Positions 62,740 to 64,000 of a stretch of 64,000 nucleotides of DNA are shown piece after piece. The notes below the pieces were generated by a model. That model searched no databases. It worked only from the letters and a program-made list of their open reading frames with translations, and had not been told where the DNA came from. This stretch comes from Camelus ferus. Taxonomy: Eukaryota. Numbering within the stretch: position 1 is the stretch's first letter; each line of letters opens with the position of its first letter. Location: NCBI RefSeq assembly GCF_009834535.1, contig NC_045697.1:61692001-61756000 (forward strand), written 5' to 3'. The position numbers were made by a program, and so were the translations under genes.

Positions 62740-64000
62740 GACCTGTTTGCCCCTCGATCCAATCTCTTAACCACTGAGAGTGGCGTAAGGTCAGGACTCA
62801 GCACGGTAGAGATAACGACCCAGTGTAGGGAGAGGCTTTACTGAAAAGGGAGAGGAGAGAAGGGAGGTGGGGGAGATACGGGAAGGCACTGAAGAAAACT
62901 GCACCTTTCACAACCTAGTCCTTAGCCAGTCTTTAAAGTTTATGATTGTTTTTTAAGTTCAGCTATAATTTATCTGCAGCTCCTTATGAACAACTAAACA
63001 GCATTATTTTTCCTCCTGCCATTTAATTGAGAAAATAGGGTTTGTTGTTGTTGTTGTTGTTTTCATAGGGACCTTTCAAGAACGTTCTTGGGCCCACCAC
63101 TAGAAGTTCCAAGTGCCTGGCCTACAGTTTTGTTGTTTGACTCCTTAAGAAGCCTTGAAAAATAGCTTACTATCTATAGTTTAGTTCATTACAATTCTTT
63201 TTTTTTTTTCTAAAGGAAAATTACACTTACTTGTTAAGATATGGGAAGGATCAAAAAGTTAGTGTCTGTATGGTGCTTTGACAAGAAGCACCATGTAAGT
63301 GTCAAGGAATCACTGCAGAGAGCTCCCGTTGCATTTTCTTATTTTCACTTTTTATGACAAACCTCATCCCTTGGCTTGGAATTTGAGTTTCTTGATGTTG
63401 ATGATAATCACTTCTGCAGATCTACCTAAATGACTATAAGGAGGTCTCTCTTCAGTTTTGGGGGAGACTTAATAGTGTTTTCTATGCTTTTATGTCGCTT
63501 TGGTCACAAGGCAAGGGCATGCAATTCAGCAGAGCACTTAACTGGTAAGGGAGGCACAAGTTACATTATAAAATTCAGTTTGTGGGTTTCTGCTTTGTTT
63601 ATCCATGTTAGTAATCATATAACTTGGTCAGTATAAAGAATATTTTATGGAAATCTCTCCAGCATGTTCATCAAAGAATTTTGGGTTGTATGCATTTTCT
63701 CTTTCATTGTTGTAGTTTTGGTTTTGCTTTTAACTTAGCACCATTTGATATCCAAAATGCCATGTGTGTTTTTGCACTTCTTTTGAAAAAAAAATTATAG
63801 CCTAGAATAAATGGTATGGAACTACTGAAGATTCAAATACTGCTAAAAAATATGTGATTTAGAAAGTCTAACTTTCTAAACTTGGAAGACAATCTCCAGT
63901 AATGAACAAAAAAAGGTAGTAAAATAGTTTTTTCAAATTGCTTAGTTTTTAACACTAAAATCTATAAAAATACATTCACTGATATTTCTATCCTAGAAAG

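Noticed and set aside
63736..63752. 'tagcaccatttgatatc', 16/17 match to the 5' part of mature miR-29b/c
   Set aside because: The 3' end diverges and there is no complementary arm to form a pre-miRNA hairpin

Overview
AT-rich, CpG-depleted eutherian genomic DNA, most likely from a camelid: it carries a Vic-1-type tRNA-derived SINE and cetartiodactyl-type L1 3' ends, and I saw no Alu, Bov-A/BovB or PRE1 elements. I could not identify any protein-coding exon, RNA gene or CpG-island promoter, so the window reads as deep intron or intergenic DNA. It is dense in interspersed repeats: L1 of several ages, L2, MIR, one L3/CR1, a possible L4, MaLR LTRs and hAT DNA transposons, often nested. The listed ORFs are either L1 ORF2 remnants (31129-31670), a CR1 remnant (6543-6752) or chance frames. 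The most notable observations are three multi-kb repeat-poor blocks with clustered PBX/HOX/MEIS/SOX motifs (candidate developmental enhancers), a twin-primed 5'-inverted L1 with a perfect TSD inserted into a consensus splice donor, a palindrome cluster around STAT-type sites, several hairpins and small tandem duplications, and some exon-shaped segments. I found no convincing evidence of a new biological system. Repeat family names are from memory of consensus sequences and need RepeatMasker/Dfam confirmation; boundaries of old repeats are approximate.
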